A stretch of 64,000 nt of DNA from Haliotis rubra (GCF_003918875.1 NW_025767284.1:310001-374000); one strand, 5' to 3'. Shown: positions 23,701 to 37,140, counted from the first letter of the stretch. Numbers and translations: made by a program. The notes: generated by a model not told the origin, from the sequence alone.

Positions 23701-25287
23701 AATTATACATCTCTTTTCTGTACAACACCTTGTTTGCAACTCCGTAGATTCCAATAACTACCCTCGATGTCATTGAGTAAAAGAGCTATAAAAATGCTTG
23801 GCTTCTACTGTGAAGCCAAGTCAAACCCGATCTCGTAACTTCACTATCCCGCATGCTTACAATATCCTGGGAGTAACACTGTCGCCACATTACAGCACTA
23901 CGTGTATTATGCGAGGGCATTGTTATCACATTGCAGTATCCTGGGAGTGAACTGTTACCATTTTACGCGTTCGCCGTTACACTGAAGACCCGGTTCGATT
24001 TCAAATATCAGAAGAGCCTGTTCCTTGTGTACCCCGCCTTGATATTGCTACACTACTGCCGAAACCGGCTTAAACCATTCTCACTTACCCAGTGAGGTAG
24101 CCTTGTCATGCTCTTAAAGCATGTGATCGTCACGTCGAAGACCCGGGTTCGATCCCCCACATGAGGACAATGAGTGAAACCAATTTCTGGAGTCCACGTC
24201 GTAATATTGCTGGAATATGCTTAAAGCCACGTAAAACTCTTATGTTTGGCAGCCTCTTGTCACAACTGCAAATCTACGGACCCCCCACGGATCCAGGTAA
24301 GAATTGGTCTTCAGTAACCCGTAATTGTCGTAAGAGGCGACTAACGGGATCGCGTGGTCAGGCTCGCTGACTTGGTAGACACATGTCATCGTATCCCAGT
24401 TGCATAGGTCGATGCTCATGCTGTTGATCAATGGATTGTCTGGTTCAGGCTCGATTATTTGAAGACCACCGCCATATAGCTGGAATATTGCTGAGTGCGG
24501 CGTTTAACAACCAACCAACCCACCAACCAACCTAGCAACCAACGAGCCAGCCAACCAACCTCCACGACTGACATGAGAAGTGACTGCACTGGGAACCAAG
24601 CGGTGATACAGAGTCTCACAGCGGCGCGGCAAGGAGTTCACGTCTCATCTGGTGCGACGTGTTCCAATTATAACGACCAACAACGCAAACCCGACATACG
24701 ACGCTTTAACATGGACTAACGCCTTCGACAACAATTTCCGTGAATTAGGCGTACCATAACTTCATGTAACACAAGTTTACTGCCCAACCATCGCCGATAA
24801 GTGCTGACAAAGCGCTATTTTCACCGACAGCTGTTTGAAGAATAGTGTAGCGACATTTAGTGCTGACAGGTGACGGTCCGACGATCTATAATCAGATTTA
24901 CGAGAAGTCGTTGGGCAAATAGTACAAATTTAACCCGCAGCTCTGCCGTGACTTCTGGACACGAATTTCACTGATTGATCTTCAGAGAGTAGCGACGACA
25001 ATTTCCTTCCGACTAGATTTTACATGATGTCTTTACAGACAGATTGCAATTGCTATTATGCATGCATAAATCTGTACCCAAATTCCTATGTATGTTCTAA
25101 GGGCCTGAGACCGTACAAATTGAACAAATTCTGTCTGTGTGTATGTCTGAAAACTGAATAAATTCTGTCTGTCTGTCTTATGTCTTTAGTCACATTGAGA
25201 TATCAAGTGTGGAGAGAGAACATTACCGGAAGTCCAGGTCTTCACCGTCTGCGGCAATACAACTTTCCTTGCTTGTTTATCCGCCCA

Positions 25288-26840
25288 CTAAACATCCATA
25301 CTTCCATGTCCACACTAAACATCCATATATCTCTGTCCACACTAAACATCCAGATTTTCCTGTCCACACTAAACATAGACTTCCCTGTCCACACTAAACA
25401 CCAAGACTTCCCTGTACACGGTAAACATCGAGACTTCCCTGTACACACTAAACATCGAGACTTCCCTGTCCACACTAAACATCGAGACTTCCCTGTACAC
25501 ACTAAACATCGAGACTTCCGTGTCCACACTAAATATCCAGACTTCCTGTCCACACTAAATATCCAGACTTCCTGTCCACATTAAATACCCAGACTTCCCT
25601 GTCCAGCTAAATATCCAGACTTCCTGTCCACACTAAATACCCAGACTTCCCTGTCCAGCTAAACATCCAGACTTCCTGTCCACACTAAACATCCAGACTT
25701 CCTGTCCACACTAAACACCCAGACTGTCCTGTACACACTAAACACCCAGACTTCCCTGTCCAGCTAAACATCCAGACTTCCTGTCCACACTAAACACCCA
25801 GACTTCCTGTCCACACTAAACATCCAGACTTCCCTGTACACACTAAACACCCAGACTTCCCTGTCCAAACTAAATATCCAGACTTCCTGTCCATACTAAA
25901 AATTCAAACTTCCCTCTTCACACTAAATATCCAGACTTCCTGTCCACACTAAATACCCAGACTTCCCTGTCACACACTAAACATCCAGACTTCCTGTCCA
26001 CACTAAACATCCAGACTTCCCTGTCCAAACAAAACATCCAGACTTCCTGTCCACACTAAATATCCAGACTTCCCTGTCCACACTAAACATCCAGACTTCC
26101 CTGTACACACTAAACATCCACACTTCCCTGTCCAAACTAAACATCCAGACTTCCTGTCCACACTAAACATCCAGACTTCCCTGTCCAAACTAAACATCCA
26201 GACTTCCCTGTCCAAACTAAACATCCAGACTTCCTGTCCAAACTAAACATCCAGACTTCCCTGTCACACTAAACATCCAGACTTCCCTGTACACACTAAA
26301 CACCCAGACTTCCCTGTCCAAACTAAACATCCAGACTTTCTGTCCACACTAAACATCCAGACTTCCCTGTCCAAAACTAAACATCCAGACTTCCCTGTCA
26401 CACTAAACATCCACACTTCCATGTACACACTAAACATCCGCACAGTCGACACTAAACATCCAGACTTCCTGTCCACACAAAATCCAGACTTCCCTGTCCA
26501 AACTAAACATCCAGGCTTTCCTGTCCAAACTAAACATCCAGACTTCCCTGTCACACTAAACATCCACACTTCCATGTACACACTAAACATCCGCACGGTC
26601 GACACTAAACATCCAGACTTCCTATCCACACTAAACATCCAGACTTTCCTGTCCAAAACTAAACATCCAGGCTTTCCTGTTCAAACTAAACATCCAGACT
26701 TCCCTGTCACACTAAACATCCACACTTCCATGTACACACTAAACATCCGCACGGTCGACACTAAACATCCAGACTTCCCTGTCACACTAAACATCCACAC
26801 TTACCTGCACACTAAACATCCGCACAGTCGACACTAAACA
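25288..26840. repeat. 26-27-bp minisatellite (CACTAAACATCCAGACTTCCCTGTCCA)
   Basis: More than 55 units, with higher-order blocks containing the CCGCACGGTCGA variant near 26400-26840. Confidence 0.98.
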
Positions 26841-27455
26841 TTACCACACACTGTCTCCCATGTATATGTTTCTGTCTCGGTATTGGCACTAGTAGTCTGG
26901 ATTCTAGTCCACTGGATTTAGACAAAGTAATCAGTCCAGACCACCAGGTGCCAATCTCAGAGATAACTGCCCTCTAGTGACAATACAAATTAAGTTTTCA
27001 GGCATGAAAAGTCTAGAAAACACGTGAACGAAACAACCCTTAGATATGTACATACCCGACTACCGATTTCAACGATTGCCTTCAGATAACCTGAAATCTG
27101 GAACAAAATCGGCTCCTGCAGAACCATTTGCAGCGGTTGATATTTTGTTAAAATATATGGACGTTTATCAATGAAGACTAACATTTGATTAACCAATATA
27201 CTCTTCCGCCATGCAGTTGGAACATTGCTGAGTGTGGCGTAAAACTAAACTCACTCATGTACTGTCACAGACCCCTATATTCGTGCGTCAATTTAGGACG
27301 CGACGTCATAGCCCCATTACCGCTTTGATTCGAGTCTTTCGAGACATGGCAAAGTGAGTGCGGTTGGGTCAGAAAAGTGATTCTGCCCACTACCTCTTGG
27401 CATATAGATGGTTCCTGTTTGAAACAAAGGACCCATCATTTTGATTAAGTTTTCA

Positions 27456-27614
27456 GGGGCGGTGGGGTACCCAAGCGGTTAAAGCTCGTCACGCCGAAGA
27501 ATCTGGTTCCATTCCCCACATGGGTTCAATGTGTGAAGCTCATTCCTGGTGTCCCCCGCCGGAACTTTGCTGGAATATTGTTAAAAGATGCGTCAAACTA
27601 AATTCACTCACTCA
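27456..27614 (+). mobile_element. SINE family A
   Basis: Consensus match; nested in an unclassified dispersed repeat. Confidence 0.87.
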
Positions 27615-28384
27615 GTTCAGTTTGGAGGGTCGATAGAGCCCATGATAAGGCAGAGCTTAGATTGACCTCATTGCGTTACTGGATTGACCTGCACCTGTTC
27701 ATTAGTGAACGCGTTGCATAGAGGATTATCGTCGCCAATCAGCCAATCACATTGACCATATTTAGATACTACGAATGGGACAAGTTTATATCATACAACA
27801 TGGAGCTATGGGTTGAGGCGGATTAAGTAAATAACCTTGACCAGCGGGTGGAAGTCCACTGCCACCCACATCCAATCGTAAACAAGGAGCCCAGTCAATA
27901 GCATAAGCGGAACTTGAGCTGGGACAGACACGTGACTTCCACCTGCACTGCGTCCGCCGTAAGGGCTCGTCCTCTAATGGCGTGTCACATGTGGCTCGTT
28001 CCAATATGTGTTGGACTTAATCAGACAAGATTATTGTCAGCAAAGGTTGAGATTCGTGGTCATTATTACTAATTATTACCGGTCTGATAAATGCAGTTTC
28101 AGTGTAATCTGAATCTTAGGCTTTTGGACACTAATTGTCTTGTCTTGACCACCTTGACCATCGCGTGGTTTACAAGTTCAAACTTTGATGATTTGGGACC
28201 GAGCACTACAATTTCCTATACTTAGCAGGTTCGATTGATTTTGGGTGCCTTTTAAACAAATAATCGGTTCCAATGGAAATACAAATCTTAAAGTCATACG
28301 TCTAAAGAATATAAATTTAAATAATTGCTCACTGGAAATTTAGTTTCCACATTCGAGTTGCCATTTTATGTTCTCTCCTGCCCC

Positions 28385-28875
28385 TGTCCCATTCACTGCC
28401 AGCCCTTCAATGTTACCACGTGGCCCTTCAATGTTACCACGTGGCCCATCAATATTACCACGTGGCCAACCAATATTGTTTGTTACCAGTTTCACATTCT
28501 TTGATGCACCTTTTACATTCACTGTTTGCCTTTTCACATTCACTGTTAGTTCTCTCATATTCACTGTTACCCCTTTCACATTCACTGTTACCCCTTTCAC
28601 CAGGGTATGAAACTCCGAAAACTTTATGCCAGACCACAGGGCTGGTTAGATGTAAAATATGCCCGCCTGACCAAAACTTACATTCACTGTTAGCCCCTTC
28701 ACATTCACTGTTAGCCCTTTCACATTCACTTTTAGCCCTTTCACATTCACTGTTAACATTTCACATTCACTTTTAGCCCTTTCACATTCACTATTAGTCC
28801 TTTCACATTGACTCAATAGCTCTTTCACATTCACTGTTAGCCCTTTCACCTTCACTGTTAGCCCTTTCACACTCA
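28385..28875. repeat. 21-bp minisatellite (CACATTCACTGTTAGCCCTTT) with a ~78-bp foreign insert at 28601-28678
   Basis: Directly visible. Confidence 0.9.
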
Positions 28876-29104
28876 CTCATACTCCTGCTGTCCCATTCAG
28901 TGCGATACTTCTAACATGCTTTTTTCTCATCCACCGAAATCACTTTCACTGAGATCACTTTCACATTGACAGAGCGACACACATAACGAGATGCTGAAGA
29001 TCCTTCCCGAAGTCTTCATGAACAACGACGCGGTGTTCTGGAAACCACACTATAAACTGCTGTTACTTGACACCCTACACACACAGTAAAGTCAGCCGAC
29101 AGAC

Positions 29105-29473
29105 ATGACGTACTTGGAGAGGCACTGTCAGGGCCGGATACAGTGCAAGTCGCAAGACAGCGGGGTTAGACAGCACCAGGGATCAAATATGGCCACTGAT
29201 TGTCAGAGGGACACGCGGCTGTCAACAAGGATAGAGATACCCGTGCTTAGTTCCCGTCTAATGACCATGTCCGGGACAGAGGCGTGCTATCACGTAACGC
29301 CATGGATGACAGGGGACGTCACAATGTCCAGCCGACGTCCACCTACATCCCTCTGCTGTCATCCTGTGGGAGACGTCACCGTTGTAGTAGTCGCAGTCAC
29401 TGCGCTGCTTATAGTTTACTTTGTGTGCGACAAGTACAGAGAAGCGAACAGTTTGGTGAGGCGCACCTGTTAA
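29105..29473 (+). CDS. Candidate small intronless single-pass membrane protein (122 aa), function unknown
   Basis: Non-repetitive ATG-initiated ORF, more GC-rich than its downstream flank. TATAAA at 29051, C-terminal hydrophobic stretch VTVVVVAVTALLIVYFVC followed by DKYR, AT-rich 3' region with AATAAA at 29574. No recognisable homology. Confidence 0.4.
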   Translation: MTYLERHCQGRIQCKSQDSGVRQHQGSNMATDCQRDTRLSTRIEIPVLSSRLMTMSGTEACYHVTPWMTGDVTMSSRRPPTSLCCHPVGDVTVVVVAVTALLIVYFVCDKYREANSLVRRTC

Positions 29474-29788
29474 ATAGCACTACATATTGTAGTACTCAAC
29501 ATATACTAGAGTTACATAAATAAGTTAGGGATATTGGTATTTTTATGAGGGATACTTTATCAATGTGTCAATGAATAAATACATCATTATTCATAATTTC
29601 AAAATTTACATATATCCCTAACTATTTTTGTCCAGTATATATGCCCTTTACTCACTTAGATTGTAGACACTTGTAGGTTAATTAATTGCCAAAGTAACAC
29701 GCACCAAAATAATAATGATAATAATAATACGTCAATGCTAGAAACGCCGTATGAGAGACAGAACGATACACGATGAAACCGCTCCGAT

Positions 29789-30010
29789 GGTTGGTTAATT
29801 GGTTGGTTGCTTTGATGTTTTATGCCACACTCACCAATATTCCAGCTATATAGATTTAAATTTAAAGAGTAAATAATCGAGTTTGGACCAGACAATCCAG
29901 TGATCAACGGAATGAGCATCGATCTACGCAAATCGGATACAATGACACGAGTCAACCTAGTCAGCGAACCTGACCACCCGATCCCGTTAGTCGCCTCTTA
30001 CAACAAGACC
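29789..30010 (-). mobile_element. Retroposon family C, 5'-truncated
   Basis: Reverse match including TTAGTCGCCTCTTAC and a (GGTT)n tail. Confidence 0.88.
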
Positions 30011-30188
30011 CACTCCTGTGGAATAAGTACATAATTGGTATGCGGTTCGACACCTGTGAGGTATGGTCGGCATATTGATATAATGCGATGCAAGGTTGCA
30101 TTTTACTCCTTGTACAATATATGTAGTCACACACCATGGTATCATATCTGGTACGACGACGACAGTGTGCAGTTCCACATCATGAACA

Positions 30189-30527
30189 GGGCGGTAAGGT
30201 AGCCTAGTTGTTAAAGCGTTGGCTCGTCACGCCGAAGACCCGGGTTCGATTCCCCGCATGGGCACAATGTGTGAAGCCCATTTCTGGTGTCCCCCGCCGT
30301 GATGTTGCTGGAATATTGCTAAAAGCGGCGTAAAACCAAACTCAGTCAGTCAGACATCATGAACAGGAGGGGCGGTGGGGTAGCCTAATGGTTAATTCCG
30401 TTCGTCACGCTGAAGACCCGGGTTCGATTCCCTACATGTGTACAATGTGTGAAGCCCATTTCTGGTGTCCAAACTATGAAATTGCTGGAATATTGCTAAA
30501 AGCGGCGTAAAAGCATATTCACTCACT
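30189..30527 (+). mobile_element. Two adjacent SINE family A copies
   Basis: The first is flanked by TSD ACATCATGAACAGG (30177-30190, 30354-30367); the second spans 30369-30527. Confidence 0.93.
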
Positions 30528-30829
30528 TATGGACATGCTCCTGTCAGTCACATACCGGTTTTAGTGAGACATATGGATATCCACAAGTCGGGGAAGCTAC
30601 TAAATAGACCTGGTTATTAACGCAACAGCGTCCAAGACACGACTTCAGGGACAACGCCACATATGGTAAGGCACCAGCCGCGGGCAGACGTCGGTGATAA
30701 CACGAGGCACCGCATATGGGGAACACACAGTATTTCATTAGAGGTGTGGAACACCTGTGGGATAATGCAATATTGGCCAGACACTGAATAAGGTGTTTGG
30801 CCTTTGGTTAGTGCCACCTGTCTGATATC

Positions 30830-33670
30830 AATGAGTCTGGTGAGACATATCCCATGGGATAACGCAGAAATAGGTTAGACACCGGATATTTGGGTAGACA
30901 CAACCTACTTGAATGGTAGTATTTGGTTAGCCACAACCAACTAGCAGGGTAGTTCTTAGTTAGACACAGCCTACTGTTATGGTAGTATTTGATCAGACAT
31001 GGCCTACTGTTATGGTAGTATTTGATCAGACATGGCCTACTGGTATGGTAGTATTTGATCAGACATGGCCTACTGGTATGGTAGTATTTGGTTAGACACA
31101 ACCAACTAGCAGGGTAGTTCTTATTTAGACACAGCCTACTGTTAAGGTAGTATTTGATCAGACATGAACTACTGGCATGGTAGTATTTGATCAGACATGA
31201 CCTACTGGTATGGTAGTATTTGATAAGACATGGCCTACAGGAATGGTAGTATTTGGTTAGACACAACCAACTAGCAGGGTAGTTCTTATTTAGACACACC
31301 CTACTGTTATGGTAGTATTTGATCAGACATGGCCTACTGGTATGGTAGTATTTGGTTAGACACAACCAACTAGCAGGGTAGTTCTTATTTAGACACACCC
31401 TACTGTTATGGTAGTATTTGATCAGACATGGCCTACTGGTATGGTAGTATTTGGTCAGACATGGCCTACTGGTATGGTAGTATTTGATCAGACATGGCCT
31501 CATGGTATGGTAGTATTTGATCAGACATGACCTACTGGTATGGTATTATTTGATCAGACATGGCCTACTGGTATGGTATTATTTGATCAGACATGGCCTA
31601 CTGGTATGGTAGTATTTGGTCAGACATGGCCTACTGTTATGGTAGTATTTGATCAGACCTGGCCTACTGGTATGGTATTATTTGATCAGACATGACCTAC
31701 TGTTATGGTAGTATTTGATCAGACATGACCTACTGTTATGGTAGTATTTGATCAGACATGACCTACTGTTATGGTAGTATTTGATCAGACATGACCTACT
31801 GTTATGGTAGTATTTGATCAGACATGACCTACTGTTATGGTAGTATTTGATCAGACATGGCCTACTGGAATGGTAGTATTTGATCAGACCTGGCCTACTG
31901 GTATGGTATTATTTGATCAGACCTGGCCTACTGGTATGGTATTATTTGATCAGACATGGCCTACTGGTATGGTAGTATTTGATCAGACATGGCCTACTGT
32001 TATGGTAGTATTTGATCAGACATGGCCAACTGGTATGGTAGTATTTGATCAGACATGACCTACTGGTATGGTAGTATTTGGTCAGACATGGCCTACAGGA
32101 ATGGTAGTATTTGATCAGACATGGCCAACTGGTATGGTATTATTTGATCAGACATGGCCTACTGTTATGGTAGTATTTGGTCAGACATGGCCTACAGGAA
32201 TGGTAGTATTTGATCAGACATGGCCTACTGGTATGGTATTATTTGATCAGACATGGCCTACTGGAATGGTAGTATTTGATCAGACATGGCCTACTGGTAT
32301 GGTATTATTTGATCAGACATGGCCTACTGTTATGGTAGTATTTGATCAGACATGGCCTACTGGTATGGTATTATTTGATCAGACATGGCCTACTGGTATG
32401 GTATTATTTGATCAGACATGGCCTACTGGTATGGTATTATTTGATCAGACATGGCCTACAGGAATGGTAGTATTTGATCAGACATGGCCTACTGGTATGG
32501 TATTATTTGATCAGACATGGCCTACTGTTATGGTAGTATTTGATCAGACATGGCCAACAGGAATGGTAGTATTTGATCAGACATGGCCTACTGGTATGGT
32601 ATTATTTGATCAGACATGGCCTCCTGGTATGGTATTATTTGATCAGACATGGCCTACTGGTATGGTATTATTTGATCAGACATGGCCTACTGTTATGGTA
32701 GTATTTGATCAGACATGGCCTACTGGTATGGTATTATTTGATCAGACATGGCCTACTGGTATGGTATTATTTGATCAGACATGGCCTACTGGTATGGTAG
32801 TATTTGATCAGACATGGCCTACTGGTATGGTATTATTTGATCAGACATGGCCTACTGGTATGGTATTATTTGATCAGACATGGCCTACTGGTATGGTATT
32901 ATTTGATCAGACCTGGCCTACTGGTATGGTAGTATTTGATCAGACATGGCCTCATGGTATGGTAGTATTTGATCAGACATGGCCTACTGGTATGGTATTA
33001 TTTGATCAGACATGGCCTACTGGTATGGTAGTATTTGATCAGACATGGCCTACAGGAATGGTAGTATTTGATCAGACATGGCCTCATGGTATGGTAGTAT
33101 TTGATCAGACATGGCCTACTGGTATGGTAGTATTTGATCAGACATGGCCTACAGGAATGGTAGTATTTGATCAGACATGGCCTACTGGTATGGTAGTATT
33201 TGATCAGACATGGCCTACTGGTATGGTATTATTTGATCAGACATGGCCTACTGGTATGGTAGTATTTGATCAGACATGGCCTACAGGAATGGTAGTATTT
33301 GATCAGACATGGCCTCATGGTATGGTAGTATTTGATCAGACATGGCCTACTGAAATGGTAGTATTTGATCAGACATGGCCTCATGGTATGGTAGTATTTG
33401 ATCAGACACAGCCTACTGGTAGCAAGGTAGTTTTTAATTAGACACAGTCTACTAGTATGATAGTATTTGGATCGACACAGCCTACTTGAATGGTAGTATT
33501 TAGTTAGACACTGGCTGTGGTATTACGCAGTACTTGGTTAGATACCTCCATGGTATTAGTGAGTGTTCGGTGAGACGCCACTTACGGGATAAAGCACCAC
33601 AGACGGGACAATATTTGAATAGACACCACCATTAGGATAACACAATATTTGGTTTAGCACCATCAATGGG
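30830..33670. repeat. 30-bp minisatellite (ATGGTAGTATTTGATCAGACATGGCCTACTGGT-like)
   Basis: Homogeneous core at ~31400-33410 with progressively diverged units on both flanks. Confidence 0.99.
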
Positions 33671-34969
33671 ATAGTTTTGTTGGAGGCTCCTGTAATGTTA
33701 TTCCTGACAACGTGTCAGACATTGTTACGGCTTCCGTCCTTTGTCCTTAGATATCACTCTCAACATGGTGAACGGCATCCGCTCTTTTAGTCATGTGTAA
33801 AACCATGTGCCTAATGCAATTTCCGCATAATAAACACTGCGCAAAAGAATTCTGAAAAACCAACAGAACCACATCAGCAGTTTTCTTCAGGAGCAATACC
33901 AGTTGTGTCCCAAGGCAGAAGAGAGCACGTGAGGCACAACTTACACGACTTCATTACACCTTCCTCATTTTCCTGTCGGTGAAAACACACATGACATTGT
34001 ATAGGAGGCAGCAATCACCTCGTCAACGACACTGTTATATTTCACTAATGGCCGCCTTCAAAAGGAACATGAAACGTCAAGGATACTTGCAATGAAGTGT
34101 TTTATTTCCCTCAGTGTACGAGGCCCCATAAAATACACAGAAGCTCTATCAACATCAGCCCTGAAGCCAAACCAAACAATTATTCTCTCTTTTCAGGAAG
34201 GACGTACTTCGTCATTCCTTCTTTCCTGAAAACCGTGACGTCACATCCGGCCTCCCACGCTCTCCGCCGGCATCGTTGACAAGTTGACAAGAACACGATT
34301 TCTGCTTTCGAGACACATTTGATTGTAAGATCACCCTTTCTTTCCTGTATCCCCCCAAGTCGGTGAATACCAACCCCTCCGTCCCAGCTCCTCCCCATCC
34401 CCTAGCCACTCTCATCAACCATCCAATATTTTAGCAAAAGGTTTTCTGACAATGTATTGACGGTTTTCGGACGTGTTCTGGTATCAACAGACATTTGACC
34501 CCAGAGTTAAAGACGTAGATTTGCGGTTCAAGCCCCTGTCTGTTTTGCGGAGGTGGAGTAGGGATCCCTAGGTAAACCCGTGGACGTGGACGGAATAATG
34601 CCAAATGCCGAGATGGAGAAGTTTGGCTCTCTGTCGCAAACGAATATGAGCCTTGTTAGAATTCAAGTCACGGAGTTCGATAACGGGATAAGTGTCGGTC
34701 GTTCTTGGAGTAAATACATGAGGGCGGATTTCTGTCCAGGAATATGCATCTACTAACAGCTACATCTTTAAGGAAATTAATTTAACAAAAATAACACGAC
34801 TGGCAGATCATGTGAACTTAAGCCGAAGAACATGCTTAAAACTATTTAACATTCATACAAACCCTTCAAACATATCCATAGTTAATATACACGAGTTGCT
34901 ATTGCAGGGCAAAAAACTAACCCAGATCCCCTCTTGAGTAGGATCAGCCCCCCATTAGGAAGCTTCAAT

Positions 34970-35201
34970 TTGGCGTTGTGGAGCTTAGCGGTTAAAGCGT
35001 TCGCTCGTTACCCTCAATGCCAATGTTCGGTTCCCTGTATGGAAATATTCTGTGATGAAATTTCTGGTGTTTCTCACCGCCATGATGCTGAAATATTGCT
35101 AAACGTGCTTAAAGGCGAGGTGGGCTTAAATATTGCTAAACGTGCTTAAAGGCGAGGTGGGCTTAAATATTGCTAAACGTGCTTAAAGGCGAGGTTGGCT
35201 G
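34970..35201 (+). mobile_element. Decayed family A SINE whose tail is amplified as 3 x 37-bp units
   Basis: AAATATTGCTAAACGTGCTTAAAGGCGAGGTGGGCTT at 35091, 35128 and 35165. Confidence 0.8.
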
Positions 35202-35269
35202 AAATTGAGGCAAACGAGTTTGGGATTATTACACTTGCAGAGCAGCCTGTATGTATATGTGCTAACGCA

Positions 35270-35482
35270 GATTATAGAGTGCCAGCACTCTGAAATACCA
35301 CGCTGCAGTTCAGATACAGTATCCAGATTCCGATCTGACGAGTTCTGTTTTGTCCCTTAACGCCAAACACTAATAAGGGTCACAAGAAGAGCCTTCAGCT
35401 ATAGTTTGTTTGACTCGGTCGAGGATCGAACCCCGAAGTGCCTCACGCCGGGGAAACACTCTATCCGCGGACCATGCAGGCG
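35270..35482 (-). mobile_element. Old decayed family B SINE
   Basis: Patchy similarity to 11882-12193 (ATAGAGTGCCAGC..AAATACCACGCTGCAG; GGTCGAGGATCGAACCC). Confidence 0.6.
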
Positions 35483-36802
35483 TGTCAGTAAGCTTTATGA
35501 GCCACACTCAGCATTGTTTTCCATAATGCTTATTGTCAGTCTGCAAACACGCGTGTGTTTGAATATATCTCCGTACGATCAGAATTCTTACTCCTGTACG
35601 TAACTTTACTCACTCGTCTACTTCAGGTCACGTCCGATGAACTTTGGGTAACCTTGACCCTCCAATCAGAAGGTAAAACGTGTATGTTCCTGAACCAACC
35701 AGGAATATATTGCTTTACCATTCTCTATTTGAAAATTTGGATCATACGGATAGGAAACTTTTATAAGATCCAAACCCTATGTGTGTATGCCAGTTCGAAG
35801 GGCAGATCAAGATCCACGACGATACATCCTTGTTTTATAGTTTTTGCATTCGGAAACAGTTTTATTCATTTCGAGATAAAGACATCTGATATTGTTGTCT
35901 GAAAGAATCGCTCGGCACTATTGTGAATTATAGAATAGCCTTCACGACCCTTGGCTGATTAGAAAACTCGCCTGACACAACCTCTTCTGCAGGTGTCAAT
36001 GGCTTCTCCCGCTGAATGGCACCACGTCCGTGTCAAACACCTGATTAAAATGGGACCGTGTCTCAAATAACTCATGATTGAGGAGGTTCATCCGAACTAT
36101 GTTTTAATGACAGAATTAATAAACAAATTTTATCTCCAGTTGTCGTGGTAATATTGAAAGTCCTCTGATATATTTGCCCGGCTTGTAAGTGCACAATAAC
36201 TCCAGGGTTTTGTCATTTTCTGGAGCAATAATTGTTCCTGGTCTCTTTAATCTAGTTATTGCTTCCGTTTCACAGCCTGATCTGCTCCGAATGTTCTCTC
36301 GTTAACCACAAAGACAGCACCAAGTCTGAAGTGCTTTACACCAGGACTCAAGCCCCACCCTTTCCGTCGATGTGACATTCCCTGAACTGTTGTAGAGGAA
36401 GTTGTAGTTGTAGTTGTAGTTGTAGTAGGATCACTAGTTGCAGTTGAGGTTAACGTTTGCCGCAACAGGTTTTACACTACTGGACAAGTATATATTTCCC
36501 GTGATAGAGCGCATTTATCTTAATTGCTTGATCGGTACTCTTTTTGATCGGTACTCAAATTAGAGACTGATAACCACAGTTCCATGTGATATAATTAAGT
36601 TGTGTGTCTATTGAAATCCCATGCACCAATCAGATAATAACAATCTGACACGAAGGCATGGAAAACCATTAAGTGCATTCGTGTCTGTATTCAACATCGT
36701 ATAACGTACAATATTCTATTATAAGTACTTTGAATAAGTTTGCTAACGTTCTTCATGTATTCTAATATCAGGCTCGTCACTGACAGCAATCGTCGACTAC
36801 AA

Positions 36803-37140
36803 CCCGCGAAGACCCGTGATTATCCACCTGCAGGCCCACAATAGTTGGGGAGAGACCCGTGAAGATCCGCCTGCAGGCCCACAATAGTTGGGGAGAGACC
36901 CGTGATTATCCGCCTGCAGGCCCACAATAGTTGGGGAGAGACCCGTGATTATCCGCCTGCAGGCCCACAATAGCTGGGGAGAGACCCGTGATTATCCGCC
37001 TGCAGGCCCACAATAGTTGGGGAGAGACCCGTAGAGCCCAGAATAGTTGAGAGACCCGTGAAGATCCGCCTGCAGGCCCACAATAGTTGGGGAGAGACCC
37101 GTGATTATCCGCCTGCAGGCCCACAATAGTTGGGGAGAGA
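36803..37140. repeat. 43-bp minisatellite fused to the 5' end of a family C element
   Basis: Unit CCCGTGA(TT/AG)ATCCGCCTGCAGGCCCACAATAGTTGGGGAGAGA, about 8 copies. Confidence 0.95.

Larger units (their letters stand above)
15126..25388. repeat. Tandem segmental triplication with ~3.4-kb unit (15126-18571, 18572-21948, 21949-~25388)
   Basis: Collinear near-identical blocks. Each holds 4-5 family A SINEs, one family C element, a 59-bp repeat and the start of the 27-bp minisatellite. Confidence 0.98.

Noticed and set aside
30808-33441. 457-aa (MVVFDQTWPTG)n and 231-aa ORFs
   Set aside because: 30-bp minisatellite in which TGG>TGA stop variants spread freely through the units, so there is no coding constraint.
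36256-36465. Thr-rich mucin-like ORF
   Set aside because: Caused by a short (GTTGTA)n repeat; non-ATG start, in-frame stop just upstream, no usable splice acceptor.
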